DNA of 64,000 nucleotides from Sedimentisphaerales bacterium (GTDB taxonomy: Bacteria; Planctomycetota; Phycisphaerae; Sedimentisphaerales; Anaerobacaceae), in the NCBI GenBank assembly GCA_963708075.1, contig OY970194.1, positions 128,001-192,000 of the forward strand, written 5' to 3'. Made by a program: the position numbers and the translations under genes. How positions within the stretch are numbered: position 1 is the first letter of the stretch; every line of letters begins with the position of its first letter. A model generated the notes under the pieces. The model was not told the origin of the DNA and did no database searches. It worked only from the letters and a program-made list of their open reading frames with translations. Shown here one piece after another: positions 31,008-40,680 of this stretch.

Positions 31008-33641
31008 ATGGAACGCAAAGGCACAGTCCCCTATGTCTCCGTGGTTGTACCCACACTCAACGAGGTGGACAATATCGATTCCCTCCTCCGTCGGCTCCTG
31101 CAGGCCTTTCGGGATTGCGAGCTGGATGTCGAGGTCCTTTTCGCCGACGGCGGTTCCACCGATGGGACAGTCGAGAGAGTGCAGGCGTGGGCGCCGCTGG
31201 CGCCGGTGCACCTGGTGCATGCGGCAAGCGGGCGAGGGTTGACCGGGGACGTGCTGGTCGCGGTCCGCCGGGCAAAGGCCGATGTCGTTGTCGTAATGGA
31301 CGCCGATCTGAGCCATAGCCCGGATGCCGCTCCGATTTTGGCTCAGCCGGTGCTCGACGGGAGCCGCGACATGGTGATCGGCAGCCGGTATATTCCCGGC
31401 GGGCAGACTCCGAATTGGCCGTGGACGCGCCGCGCGGTCTCGCGTACAGCCGCCTCGCTGGTCTGGCCACTGACTGATGTACACGATCCAACCTCCGGCT
31501 TCTTCGCGGTCCGTCGGGATAGGCTCCTCGATATCAGCGACGATGCCGATGGTTTCAAAATCGGTCTGGAAGTGCTCCTGCAGAATGGCGAAAACCTTCG
31601 GGTGATGGAAGTCCCTATCTCCTTTGGCGACCGCATGCGTGGACAATCCAAGATGAACGCCCGGGAGGTTGCCTGTTACCTGCGAAGATCTGTCGCACTG
31701 GCCGGCGGGGTTGTAAGTGGCACGACAGCGGGGCGCTTTGCGTTGGCCGGACTAGTCGCCCTGATCGTGGATATCAGTGCGTTTCAGATGCTCTGGGGAG
31801 GCGGACTCGATCTGCGGGTGTCGCACGTTCTGAGCTTCCTGCTCGCGACGACCATCAACTATGTTCTGAACCGCCACTGGGTGTTCGCAGGCTTTGTGGA
31901 TGAGCGTCACGGCTGGGCAACGTGGATCCGCTTCGTCGCAGTGGGTCTGATGGCGCTCTTTCTGCGCGGCGGCGTGCTGGCAACGTTGACCTATCATGCC
32001 GGCTGGCGAGTTCAGGCAGCCATGATGGCCGCCGTCTTTACCGCCATGGGGGTCAACTACCTGGGCTGCGCGTTCTTCGTATTTCGGCGAGAACTCGACC
32101 GGTCCGGCGTCTTGCGCTGGCGTGTCGCGGCAATCGGACTCATCGGCTATACCGTCTTGCTTCGCCTAACGTACCTGGGCGCGGTGGATTTGCTGCCCGA
32201 GGAGGCGTACTATTGGAACTATGCCCAGCATCCAGCCTTGGGCTATCTGGACCATCCGCCGATGGTCGCGTGGCTGATCAGTATCGGCACGGCCCTGGCC
32301 GGCGATACGGAGTTTGGCATCCGGCTCGGCACATTCCTGTGCTGGTTTGTCACGGCGGGGTTCTGCTTTGGACTGGCCCGTAATCAGTTCGGAAAGGCAG
32401 TCGGACTGGTCGCCGTGATGCTTGCGGCCTTGTTGCCATTCTTCTTCCTCTTCGGTTTCTTCACAACACCGGACGGTCCACTGACCGCCTGCTGGGCCGG
32501 TGCACTCTTCTTCCTGGAGCGGGCCATGCTGGCGCATCGGCGCTGGGCGTGGTGGGGCTTGGGAATCTGCATGGGATTGGGCATGCTCTCCAAGTACACG
32601 ATGGCCCTGTTGGGACCTGCGACGCTTGCGTTCCTCCTGTTGGACCGCCCAAGCCGGCGCTGGTTGTTGCGTCCGGAGCCGTATGCCGCGGCGCTGGTGG
32701 CGATGCTTCTATTCCTGCCTGTGATTCTTTGGAACATCCAGCACGACTGGGCGTCCTTCGCATTTCAGGGCACGCGACGTCTCCAGGGTCAGCCCGAGTT
32801 CGGGCTCCACGTGCTGGCCCTTTCCATGATTGAGCTGATCACACCATTTGGAGTCGTCGGCGCATTCCAGGCCATCCTGTCGCGGGGAGACTGGCGGACC
32901 GGAACGGGCGTCCTCTGCCCGGCCACATTCAGACGATGGTTGTTCACCGCTGTTTTCACATTGGCCCCGCTGTCAGTATTCGTCCTGTTCAGCCTGCGCC
33001 ACTCGCCCAAGTTGAACTGGACAGGCCCCGTGTGGCTGGCGGTACTGCCGGTGATCGCCCGACAGATAGTCGTGGCCCCCGACGTTCTACGAGGATGGCT
33101 CAAGATCTTCAATCAGCAGATGTGGGCCCCAACGCTCACGGTGACGGTCGTGCTGTTTGGCGGATTCCTTCATTACACGGCAATTGGATTGCCGGGTGTT
33201 GGCATAGATGGTGACGACATGCATTTGCCTGTGGCCTGGGAAGAGATCGGGCGGGACGTCGAGCAGATGGAGGAACAGATCGAGACGAGCCTGGGCGTCG
33301 AGCCACTGGTGGTGGGGATGGACAAGTACTTCATGGCGAGTGAGCTCGCGTTCTACCGGCGCGACGGCAGGGAGGGCGTGGAGCACACGGCCAGTCGCAG
33401 TCTGTTCGGAGAAAATGGACTCATGTATGCGTTCTGGTTCCCTCCGGAACGGCAGGCCGGCCGGGTCCTTCTGTTGATCAGCTTCGACCGTGAGGATATC
33501 GATGATGGCAGAATTGCCCAGTGGGCCAATCGGACGGGCCCTATTGAAGAGCGCGTACTGCACAAGTACGGGGATCACGTGCGGTACTTCTGCCGGATCG
33601 CGTATGGCTACCAGCCGCGTCCCTCTGCCGTGGGCTCCTGA
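31008..33641 (+). CDS. Triple fusion: GT2 polyprenol-phosphate sugar synthase + GtrA-like flippase + ArnT/PMT-type GT-C glycosyltransferase
   Basis: VVVPTLNE, DGGSTDGT, MDADLSH, IGSRY, DPTSGF, R..GQSK; RFALAG…NYVLNRHWVF GtrA segment; PEEAYYW, YLDHPP, GIRL, TPDG, SKYT, WN. Confidence 0.88.
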   Translation: MERKGTVPYVSVVVPTLNEVDNIDSLLRRLLQAFRDCELDVEVLFADGGSTDGTVERVQAWAPLAPVHLVHAASGRGLTGDVLVAVRRAKADVVVVMDADLSHSPDAAPILAQPVLDGSRDMVIGSRYIPGGQTPNWPWTRRAVSRTAASLVWPLTDVHDPTSGFFAVRRDRLLDISDDADGFKIGLEVLLQNGENLRVMEVPISFGDRMRGQSKMNAREVACYLRRSVALAGGVVSGTTAGRFALAGLVALIVDISAFQMLWGGGLDLRVSHVLSFLLATTINYVLNRHWVFAGFVDERHGWATWIRFVAVGLMALFLRGGVLATLTYHAGWRVQAAMMAAVFTAMGVNYLGCAFFVFRRELDRSGVLRWRVAAIGLIGYTVLLRLTYLGAVDLLPEEAYYWNYAQHPALGYLDHPPMVAWLISIGTALAGDTEFGIRLGTFLCWFVTAGFCFGLARNQFGKAVGLVAVMLAALLPFFFLFGFFTTPDGPLTACWAGALFFLERAMLAHRRWAWWGLGICMGLGMLSKYTMALLGPATLAFLLLDRPSRRWLLRPEPYAAALVAMLLFLPVILWNIQHDWASFAFQGTRRLQGQPEFGLHVLALSMIELITPFGVVGAFQAILSRGDWRTGTGVLCPATFRRWLFTAVFTLAPLSVFVLFSLRHSPKLNWTGPVWLAVLPVIARQIVVAPDVLRGWLKIFNQQMWAPTLTVTVVLFGGFLHYTAIGLPGVGIDGDDMHLPVAWEEIGRDVEQMEEQIETSLGVEPLVVGMDKYFMASELAFYRRDGREGVEHTASRSLFGENGLMYAFWFPPERQAGRVLLLISFDREDIDDGRIAQWANRTGPIEERVLHKYGDHVRYFCRIAYGYQPRPSAVGS

Positions 33642-33703
33642 TGCGTCGGATGAGAAGAGGCCCGGCAGTTGGAGCCTGGTGGTGGATTACGGGCTGTTGG
33701 CAC

Positions 33704-33841
33704 TTGACATGGCGGTCTCCGATCGTTTAAGATCCGAGTATATGGTTATTGTCCTGTAACAGAAGCCGCAACCGTCGAGCGAAGCCGTAAGGCACATGGC
33801 TCTCACCATTGCCATGTGTCTCGCTATCGGTTTGGCTTCTG
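33704..33841 (+). promoter_or_regulatory. Promoter, short upstream ORF (MVIVL) and long leader hairpin
   Basis: TTGACA(33704)-N18-TAAGAT(33728); ATGGTTATTGTCCTGTAA at 33742-33759; nested stems at 33760-33841. Confidence 0.6.
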
Positions 33842-33916
33842 AATTCCCCCACGTGTTTCAATGAGCTTGTTACCCGAAATCCAACGTGTATTCGAGGAAC
33901 ACAGGAGATACAGACA

Positions 33917-34690
33917 ATGGACCAACACGAACAGCAGGAGTTCTTCTATGAGATTTTCGATGCCTCTCTGCCCCGGCTCGGTCCCGGAGACGAGGCTTCG
34001 ACGAAAAGAGCACTGGATACGCTGCTTTCCGCGGGACTCTTACGCGAGAAGGCCCCGTGGCGAATCCTGGACGTCGGCTGTGGAAACGGCGCCCAGACCA
34101 TTGAGTTGGCGAAACATACACCGGGGATGATCCTGGCGATAGACAACCATCAGCCGTGCCTTGACGAGTTGCAGCGTCGTGCTGAAGCGGCCGGGGTCTG
34201 GAGCAAGATTCGCCTGTCCTTGAGAGACATGCGCACTCTGACGGCGGATGATGGGCCATTCGATCTGGTCTGGTCGGAGGGAGCCCTTTTTGTCATGGGC
34301 TTTCGCGAGGGAGTGGCCGCCTGCCGGTCTCTACTGGCACCGGGTGGCGGGCTGGCCGTCAGCGAGTTGTGTTGGCTGAGGTCCGACCCGCCGGCTGAAT
34401 GCCGGGAGTTCTTTGCCGGCGGATACCCCGCCATGACGGACATAAGTGCCAACCTGGCCGCCATTCGTGGCTGCGGCTGTGACGTCATCGAGCACTTCAC
34501 TCAGCCGGAGTCGGCCTGGTGGGAGCCATACTACCTCCCGCTGCAAGACCGGCTTCACGTGCTCTGTAACAAATACGCCGGGGACAGCGAGAGGTTGTGC
34601 ATGCTCGAGTCCATCCAGAAGGAGATCGATATCTACCGCAAGTACTCCGCTTACTACGGCAACGTGTTCTTCGTGATGCGAGGCCGCTGA
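33917..34690 (+). CDS. Class I SAM-dependent methyltransferase
   Basis: PRLGPG, ILDVGCGNG, FDLVWSEGA, YYGNVFF; RBS AGGAG. Confidence 0.9.
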   Translation: MDQHEQQEFFYEIFDASLPRLGPGDEASTKRALDTLLSAGLLREKAPWRILDVGCGNGAQTIELAKHTPGMILAIDNHQPCLDELQRRAEAAGVWSKIRLSLRDMRTLTADDGPFDLVWSEGALFVMGFREGVAACRSLLAPGGGLAVSELCWLRSDPPAECREFFAGGYPAMTDISANLAAIRGCGCDVIEHFTQPESAWWEPYYLPLQDRLHVLCNKYAGDSERLCMLESIQKEIDIYRKYSAYYGNVFFVMRGR

Positions 34691-34736
34691 ACTCGAGCGT
34701 GCTGCACTCAGAGACGTGCCGGCTCCAATGAACATG

Positions 34737-34770
34737 AGACCCCGGGGGCAGATGCTCTCGGGGTCTTTTC
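34737..34770 (+). terminator. Probable intrinsic terminator between convergent genes
   Basis: AGACCCCGGGGGCA / TGCTCTCGGGGTCT stem with G-U pairs, followed by TTTC. Confidence 0.6.
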
Positions 34771-34781
34771 CACGTTTTCGC

Positions 34782-36290
34782 TCAGTACCGTTGCAGGAGG
34801 TCGAGCATCTTGCGGTCGAGTTTGTGGCCGAGAAAGGCCTCGTATTGCACGTCGGTCCGGCCGCTGTCCATCACGCCGAGTGAGCCTCGGAAGTTCCACA
34901 AGGCCCAGCCGAGCCCGGCCTTCTGGAAGTTGCTCAGGCAATCCTCCATCCATCGCAGGGTCACGTCATGGGGCGTCTGGTTGTATGCACCCCATTCGCC
35001 GACCATCACGCCCACACCGGCTTCCTTGATCTGGACCCAGGGTGCGACGTAGTTGTCCCACAGCCACTGGCGGTCCATGGCCGCATCGCTCTGAAACGCC
35101 CCGGCCGGATTCGACGGCTCGAACCGCAGGACGTGGTGGGCCTCACCCCAGCGAGGGCTAACCGGCAGCGAGAACGAGCGGCCGTCCGCCAATTCAAAGC
35201 CAATCTCTGTGATCGTCAGCCAGTCTCCCACCGTGTTGTCCAGTCGGATCTCCCGCCGGCACGTGGGGGCGGGAATGGTGAAGTCCTGGTCGTAGATGTT
35301 CTGGTACACGTTCCATTCGGGCACGTACACGACTTGCTTCCAGGGCCCCTCGCCCGGCCCGGGCTTGAACTCCTGATACCAGGCGGTTCCGCCACGGCCG
35401 CGATCCACGGAGACCTCCAGCCTCGCGGAGTGTGACACGGTCCCCACGCGGACATGGAACGTGAACGGTTCCGGGATGCTCGCTTCGATGATCACCGGCG
35501 ACCGCAGGTCCGGCTTGGTCGGCCCATACAGGTAGCCGGCACATCCCAAGGGCTGCGGCCACATGGGCTCAGCCCACTGGTCCGCCCCCGTGACCCAGCC
35601 GGCCTTGTAGTGAGTCAGGGTGAAGGGCTGATACCCCCGAGTGGCTTGGGCCACGCCCAGCGGGATCAGGTTCCAGCTTGGCGTCACGCCGTAGTTGAGC
35701 CCGTCGGCGATGATCAGGCGGTTGGGGTCCTCCGCGCGGATAGCCTCGACCAGCAGGCCGACCACGTGGGCATGGACGTTGGGGTCTATGTCCGACGGCT
35801 CATTGAGCAGGTTGAAACTGAGCCGGCTGTTGGGAATGCCCTTGTAACGCCTGGCAAAGAGGGCCCAGTGACTGGCGCAGGCTTTCTGCGTGTCGGGATC
35901 GGTCCACAGGCTCGTGGGCTCGGGCGGGCTGGCCACCGTGTATCCCGGCGCCCGGTGGAAATTGAGACAGACGTGCACGCCGTACTGTTGTCCGTACTCC
36001 ACGGCCTGGTCCACCCAATGCAGGGCCGTTTCATCGAATCGGGCCCAGTCCCCGTTGCGGATCCAAAAGCGGTAATCCATGGGCAGCCGAACGAAGTTGA
36101 ACCCCAACTCCGAGATGAGCTTAAAATCCTCCTCTTTGAAAGGCGGCGTCGAGCTGCCCTTGTAGAACATCTCCAGCAGATTGAACCCCCGCCATCGCGG
36201 CAGCTCTCTCGCCGTAGGCTCAGCTTGCGCCAAGGCCACAGCCTGAATCATCCCGCAGATCACTACCGCCATCCATATCCGTTTCATCAT
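34782..36290 (-). CDS. Exported glycoside hydrolase family 5 with an inserted domain
   Basis: Signal peptide, RGFNL, GFNFVRLP, LNFH, LLNEP (acid/base), VGEWG (nucleophile), GWALW. Confidence 0.88.
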   Translation of the reverse strand: MMKRIWMAVVICGMIQAVALAQAEPTARELPRWRGFNLLEMFYKGSSTPPFKEEDFKLISELGFNFVRLPMDYRFWIRNGDWARFDETALHWVDQAVEYGQQYGVHVCLNFHRAPGYTVASPPEPTSLWTDPDTQKACASHWALFARRYKGIPNSRLSFNLLNEPSDIDPNVHAHVVGLLVEAIRAEDPNRLIIADGLNYGVTPSWNLIPLGVAQATRGYQPFTLTHYKAGWVTGADQWAEPMWPQPLGCAGYLYGPTKPDLRSPVIIEASIPEPFTFHVRVGTVSHSARLEVSVDRGRGGTAWYQEFKPGPGEGPWKQVVYVPEWNVYQNIYDQDFTIPAPTCRREIRLDNTVGDWLTITEIGFELADGRSFSLPVSPRWGEAHHVLRFEPSNPAGAFQSDAAMDRQWLWDNYVAPWVQIKEAGVGVMVGEWGAYNQTPHDVTLRWMEDCLSNFQKAGLGWALWNFRGSLGVMDSGRTDVQYEAFLGHKLDRKMLDLLQRY

Positions 36291-36552
36291 CTTCTCACCC
36301 CGGCATAACACATCGCAAGCACTCTCTTGTGATCCCTGGGCACCTGTCATTCATATGATAGCACATAGACAGTCACGACTCAATGAGGCTCGGATGATAG
36401 AAGACACATCCGCTTCGGGATTTCCATTTCGCGGGGCGGCGGATTTCGGGTACACTGATAGTTTGTCATGGTTCCGGGCAAATCAGGAGCAGTAGCCGGC
36501 GTGGCATCGGGCAGGTCCCGGCAACGTCGGCGGCCAGAGGAGATCGGATGGG

Positions 36553-37098
36553 ATGATTGTGTTGCGACCGCCATTGAGCGAAGCCGACGTGCGCCGGTTG
36601 AAAGCGGGGCAGGAAGTGGCTGTCAGCGGGACCCTCTACACGGCCCGGGACATGGCTCACAAGCGGCTGTGCGAGGCTTTGGATCGTGGCGAGGAGCTTC
36701 CCATCCCCCTGGAAGGAGCGGTCATCTACTTCGTGGGTCCGACGCCGGCCCGCCCGGGAGCCGTTATTGGGGCCGCCGGACCGACGACCTCCGCCCGCAT
36801 GGACCCGTTCAGCCCGAAGCTGATCGCCCACGGGCTGCGGGGCATGATCGGCAAGGGGTACCGTAGCGAGGAGGTTCGCAAGGCATTGCAGCAGTATGGC
36901 GCGGTACACTTGGCGACGCTTGGCGGGGCGGGGGCCCTGTTGAGCCGGCACATCACCCGCGCTGAGGTCGTCGCGTATGAGGATCTGGGCACGGAGGCCA
37001 TCCGCCGGCTGGAGGTGGTTGATTTCCCGGCCGTTGTGGCGTATGATGCAGCCGGGAAGAGCGTGTACGACGTGAACAAGGGACTATCTGGAGCATGA
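36553..37098 (+). CDS. Fe-S hydro-lyase (class I fumarase/tartrate dehydratase) beta subunit
   Basis: YTARDMAH, GPTTSARM, MIGKG, GGAG, DLGTEA. Confidence 0.92.
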   Translation: MIVLRPPLSEADVRRLKAGQEVAVSGTLYTARDMAHKRLCEALDRGEELPIPLEGAVIYFVGPTPARPGAVIGAAGPTTSARMDPFSPKLIAHGLRGMIGKGYRSEEVRKALQQYGAVHLATLGGAGALLSRHITRAEVVAYEDLGTEAIRRLEVVDFPAVVAYDAAGKSVYDVNKGLSGA

Positions 37099-37099
37099 G

Positions 37100-38170
37100 A
37101 TGCAGGTAGCACTGTTGGGACTGACGCAGTCGGGCAAGAGCACGATTTTCACCGCGATCAGCGGTAAGCAGATACCGCCGGGCGGCGCGATGGGCATTGA
37201 GGAGGCCATCGTGTCGGTGCCCGATGAGCGGCTGGACTGGCTGACCAGGCTCTACAAGCCCAAGAAGACGGTACACGGGACCATCGACGCACTGGATGTG
37301 CCCGGCTTCGATTTCACGAGCGATCACGGGCGAGCCGCGGCCCGGCGGCTGATTGGTCAGATACGAACGGTGGACATGCTTGTCTTCATCGTCCGGGCAT
37401 TCGAGAACCCGGCGGTGCCGGCGTATCGCAACAGCGTGGACCCTAAGAGGGACTTGGCCGAGTTGCGGACGGAAGTGCTGCTGGCGGACCTGGAACTGGT
37501 GACCACGCGGATCGAGAAGCTCGAAAAGCAAGTCACCAAGCCCACCAAGACGCAGGCGCACGATAAAGTCGAGCTTGCCCTGCAGAAGAAGTTGCAGGAG
37601 GCGATCGAGTCGGAAAAGCCGATCAGCTCCGTGGTTGAGACGGAGGAAGAGCGGGCCATGATCAAGTCGCTCGGTTTCTTGACGCTCAAGCCAATTGCCG
37701 TGGTGATAAACGTCGGCGAGGATGAGCTCGACCGCAAAGTCGATCTCGGCGGCACGATCGATGATTCCGTGCCAGTCGTGACGTTGTCGGCCAAGATCGA
37801 GCTCGAGCTGGCCCAGTTGGACGAGGAAAGCCGCAAGGCGTTCATGTCGGATCTTGGAATCCAGGAGTCGGCCGCCGGCAAGTTCGTCAGGAGCTGCTAC
37901 GCCGCCACGGGCTTGATCAGCTTCCTGACGGTCGGCGAGGACGAGGTTCGAGCCTGGCCGATTAAAAAGGGCACAATCGCAGTCGACGCCGCGGGCAAGG
38001 TGCACAGTGACATCAGGCGGGGCTTCATCCGTGCCGAGACCATGGCCTATGACGACCTTAAGGCGCTGGGCGACGAGAAAGCGGTCAAGGCAGCGGGCAA
38101 GATGAGGCTCGAAGGCAAAGAGTATGTCGTGAAGGATGGTGACATCATCAACTTCCGATTCAACGTTTAG
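37100..38170 (+). CDS. ychF: YchF-family ATPase/GTPase
   Basis: GLTQSGKST, VPDERL, DVPG, FLTVGEDEVRAW, AGKVHSD, GFIRAE, EGKEYVVKDGDI. Confidence 0.85.
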   Translation: MQVALLGLTQSGKSTIFTAISGKQIPPGGAMGIEEAIVSVPDERLDWLTRLYKPKKTVHGTIDALDVPGFDFTSDHGRAAARRLIGQIRTVDMLVFIVRAFENPAVPAYRNSVDPKRDLAELRTEVLLADLELVTTRIEKLEKQVTKPTKTQAHDKVELALQKKLQEAIESEKPISSVVETEEERAMIKSLGFLTLKPIAVVINVGEDELDRKVDLGGTIDDSVPVVTLSAKIELELAQLDEESRKAFMSDLGIQESAAGKFVRSCYAATGLISFLTVGEDEVRAWPIKKGTIAVDAAGKVHSDIRRGFIRAETMAYDDLKALGDEKAVKAAGKMRLEGKEYVVKDGDIINFRFNV

Positions 38171-38191
38171 AGTCCCTGAATGAACTGCCTT

Positions 38192-38261
38192 ATGTCACCC
38201 CCGCGCAGGCGGGGGTCCACGACCGTGGGTTTCTGGATTCCCGCCTTCGCGGGAATGACAT
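38192..38261. repeat. REP-like doublet with a dRS3-like core
   Basis: ATGTCACCCCCGCGCAGGCGGGGGTCCA and TGGATTCCCGCCTTCGCGGGAATGACAT; the second contains ATTCCC-N8-GGGAAT. Confidence 0.85.
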
Positions 38262-38319
38262 GCGAGGGGTATACACCGGAGGCTCTTAGGCTGGTCCAAA
38301 CATGGGAGTTTCGTAAGAT

Positions 38320-39354
38320 ATGAAAGCTGCTGTGCTGACCGGCATTCGCCGGCTGGAGGTCAGGGAAGTACCCGATCCGAAGATAGAGAAGGATACGGAC
38401 GTACTACTGAAGATCGAGAAAGTGGGGGTGTGCGGCTCGGATGTCCATTACTTCGAGACGGGCCGGATCGGCTCGCAGGTGGTCAAGTTCCCGTTCATCG
38501 TGGGCCATGAGTGTGCCGCAACGGTGGCACGCGTGGGCAAGGCGGTAAAGCAAGTGCGGGTAGGAGACCAGGTGGTCGTCGAGCCCGCCGTCTCGTGTCA
38601 CACCTGCGACCAGTGCCGTCGCGGCCGGGAGAACACCTGCTTCAAGCTGAGATTCCTCGGCACGCCGGGACAGGGTGACGGCTGTCTCAGCCAGTTCATC
38701 GTCATGCCCGAGGAGTGCTGCTTCCCCACCAAGGGCAAGCTTACGATGGAGCAGGGAGCTTTGTGTGAGCCGCTGGCCATTGCTGTCTATGCGGTCAAAC
38801 AGTCGCATCTGCCTGCCGGGGCGGATGTGGCGATCCTCGGCGCCGGGCCTATCGGGTTGAGCTGCATGACTGTTGCACGAGCCCAGGGAGCGCGGAACTG
38901 TTACATGACGGAGAAGATCCCCGAGCGGATGAAAATGGCCCGGGACAACGGGGCGGCATGGGTCGGCAACCCGCTGAAGGAGGATATCGTCAGCGCAATC
39001 CTGAAGCAGCAGCCGCTGGGGGTAGACATCGCCTACGAATGTGCGGGGCAGCAGGAAACGATTGACCAGGCGGTCGATCTGCTCCGGGCGGGCGGCACGC
39101 TCATGCTCATCGGCATTCCCCGCGAAGACCGGATTTCGCTCTCTATCGACAAAATCCGCAGAAAGGAAGTAACGATTGTCAACGTGCGCCGTCAAAATGG
39201 CTGTACGAAGGCGGCCATGGACCTGGTCGCGTCGGGCAAGGTGAACGTTGATTTTATGGTCACGCACCGCTTCGGGCTCGACGGCGTGCAGGATGCCTTC
39301 GAGATGGTCGCCGCTTACCGGGACGGGGCGGTGAAGGCAATGATTGAAATGTGA
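38320..39354 (+). CDS. Zn-dependent medium-chain dehydrogenase (sorbitol/threonine dehydrogenase-like)
   Basis: GVCGSD, GHE, C..C..C…C structural zinc site, GAGPIG. Confidence 0.9.
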   Translation: MKAAVLTGIRRLEVREVPDPKIEKDTDVLLKIEKVGVCGSDVHYFETGRIGSQVVKFPFIVGHECAATVARVGKAVKQVRVGDQVVVEPAVSCHTCDQCRRGRENTCFKLRFLGTPGQGDGCLSQFIVMPEECCFPTKGKLTMEQGALCEPLAIAVYAVKQSHLPAGADVAILGAGPIGLSCMTVARAQGARNCYMTEKIPERMKMARDNGAAWVGNPLKEDIVSAILKQQPLGVDIAYECAGQQETIDQAVDLLRAGGTLMLIGIPREDRISLSIDKIRRKEVTIVNVRRQNGCTKAAMDLVASGKVNVDFMVTHRFGLDGVQDAFEMVAAYRDGAVKAMIEM

Positions 39355-39358
39355 TCGT

Positions 39359-40614
39359 ATGTCCGACCAGGCACAGATCAAAAAGGCCAGCATCATCAGC
39401 ATCGGCAACGAAGTTCTCAACGGGCAGACTGTCGATACAAACGCTGCACACATTGCACGCAGGCTGACTGCTACGGGTGTTCCGATCGTCAGCGTCTACG
39501 TGGCGCCCGACGAATTGGGAGCCATAAAGCGAGTCCTCAACCTGGCGACAGGCGAGGCCGACGTCGTGGTGATTTCCGGAGGGCTCGGGCCGACCGATGA
39601 TGACTTGACCCGCCAGGCGATAGCCGATTTCCTGGGCGTGGATCTGGTGCTGCGCGAAGAGCTTCTCGCAAAGATTCAGCAGTTTTTCGACAAGCGGGGC
39701 GTGGCGATGCCGGCAAGGAATGCGATTCAGGCGCACATTCCAGCCGGTGCGAAGCCTATAGACAACGCGACAGGCACCGCTCCCGGCGTGGAGGCGGAAA
39801 AGGGCGGCGCGGTCTTGTTTTCCTTGCCCGGCGTCCCCTCGGAGATGGAACAGATGCTGGAGGCCTCCGTCCTGCCCCGGGTGCGCGAGATCGCCAAGTC
39901 ACAGGTGATTGTCACAAAACGGCTGAAGTGCTTCGGGGCGGGGGAATCCACCATCGCCGAGATGATCGGTGATGCCATGCAGCGGGGCGCAACCCCCTGG
40001 TCAACTGCACGGTCCATGCCGGCGTGATTACCCTGGAGGTGGTGGCGACATCGCTGGATCGGAGCAAGGCCGAGGAAATGGCGGCGGAGGAGGAAGCCTC
40101 CCTTCGCCGGGTCCTGGGCAAGCTGGCGTATGGAGCGGAGGACCAGACCCTGGCGGAAGTTGTCGGCCGGAAACTGGTGCAGGCGGGCAAGACACTGGCC
40201 GTAGCCGAGTCCTGTACCGGGGGACTATTGGCAAAACTCATTACGGATGTTCCTGGTTCCAGCCGATATTTTCTCTGTGGCTGGGTTACGTACAGCAACG
40301 AAAGCAAAAGCCGGCAGTTAGGAGTGCTTCCGGCACTGATCGAAACGCATGGAGCCGTCAGTGAGCAGGTAGCTGTGGCGATGGCCCAAGGCGCACGATA
40401 TAACGCAGGAGCGGATTTTGCCGTCGGGATTACCGGGATTGCCGGACCTGAAGGAGGCACCGAACACAAGCCGGTCGGCCTTGTATATATTGCTGTGAGC
40501 AGCAGGGACAGTACGGACATATCACGGTACGTGTTTCCCCACGACAGAAGTTCCGTCCGGCTGCGAGCGGCACAAACGGCATTGAACCTGCTTCGCCTGA
40601 AATTGGAGATTTGA
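39359..40614 (+). CDS. cinA: CinA family protein (MoCF-like domain + NMN deamidase) (frameshift near 39988)
   Basis: IGNEVLNG…DTN, GGLGPTDDD, LPGVPSEM; AESCTGG, GAVSE, TGIAGP…KPVG. Confidence 0.88.
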
Positions 40615-40639
40615 CTTGTCCTGTCCAACGTGCTATAAT
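40611..40639 (+). promoter_or_regulatory. Sigma70 promoter of the pilus cluster
   Basis: TTGACT-N17-TATAAT with extended -10 TG. Confidence 0.8.
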
Positions 40640-40680
40640 AAGTACTCAGGGACCGGTGGAATCAGCCAGGTGAGGTTTGT

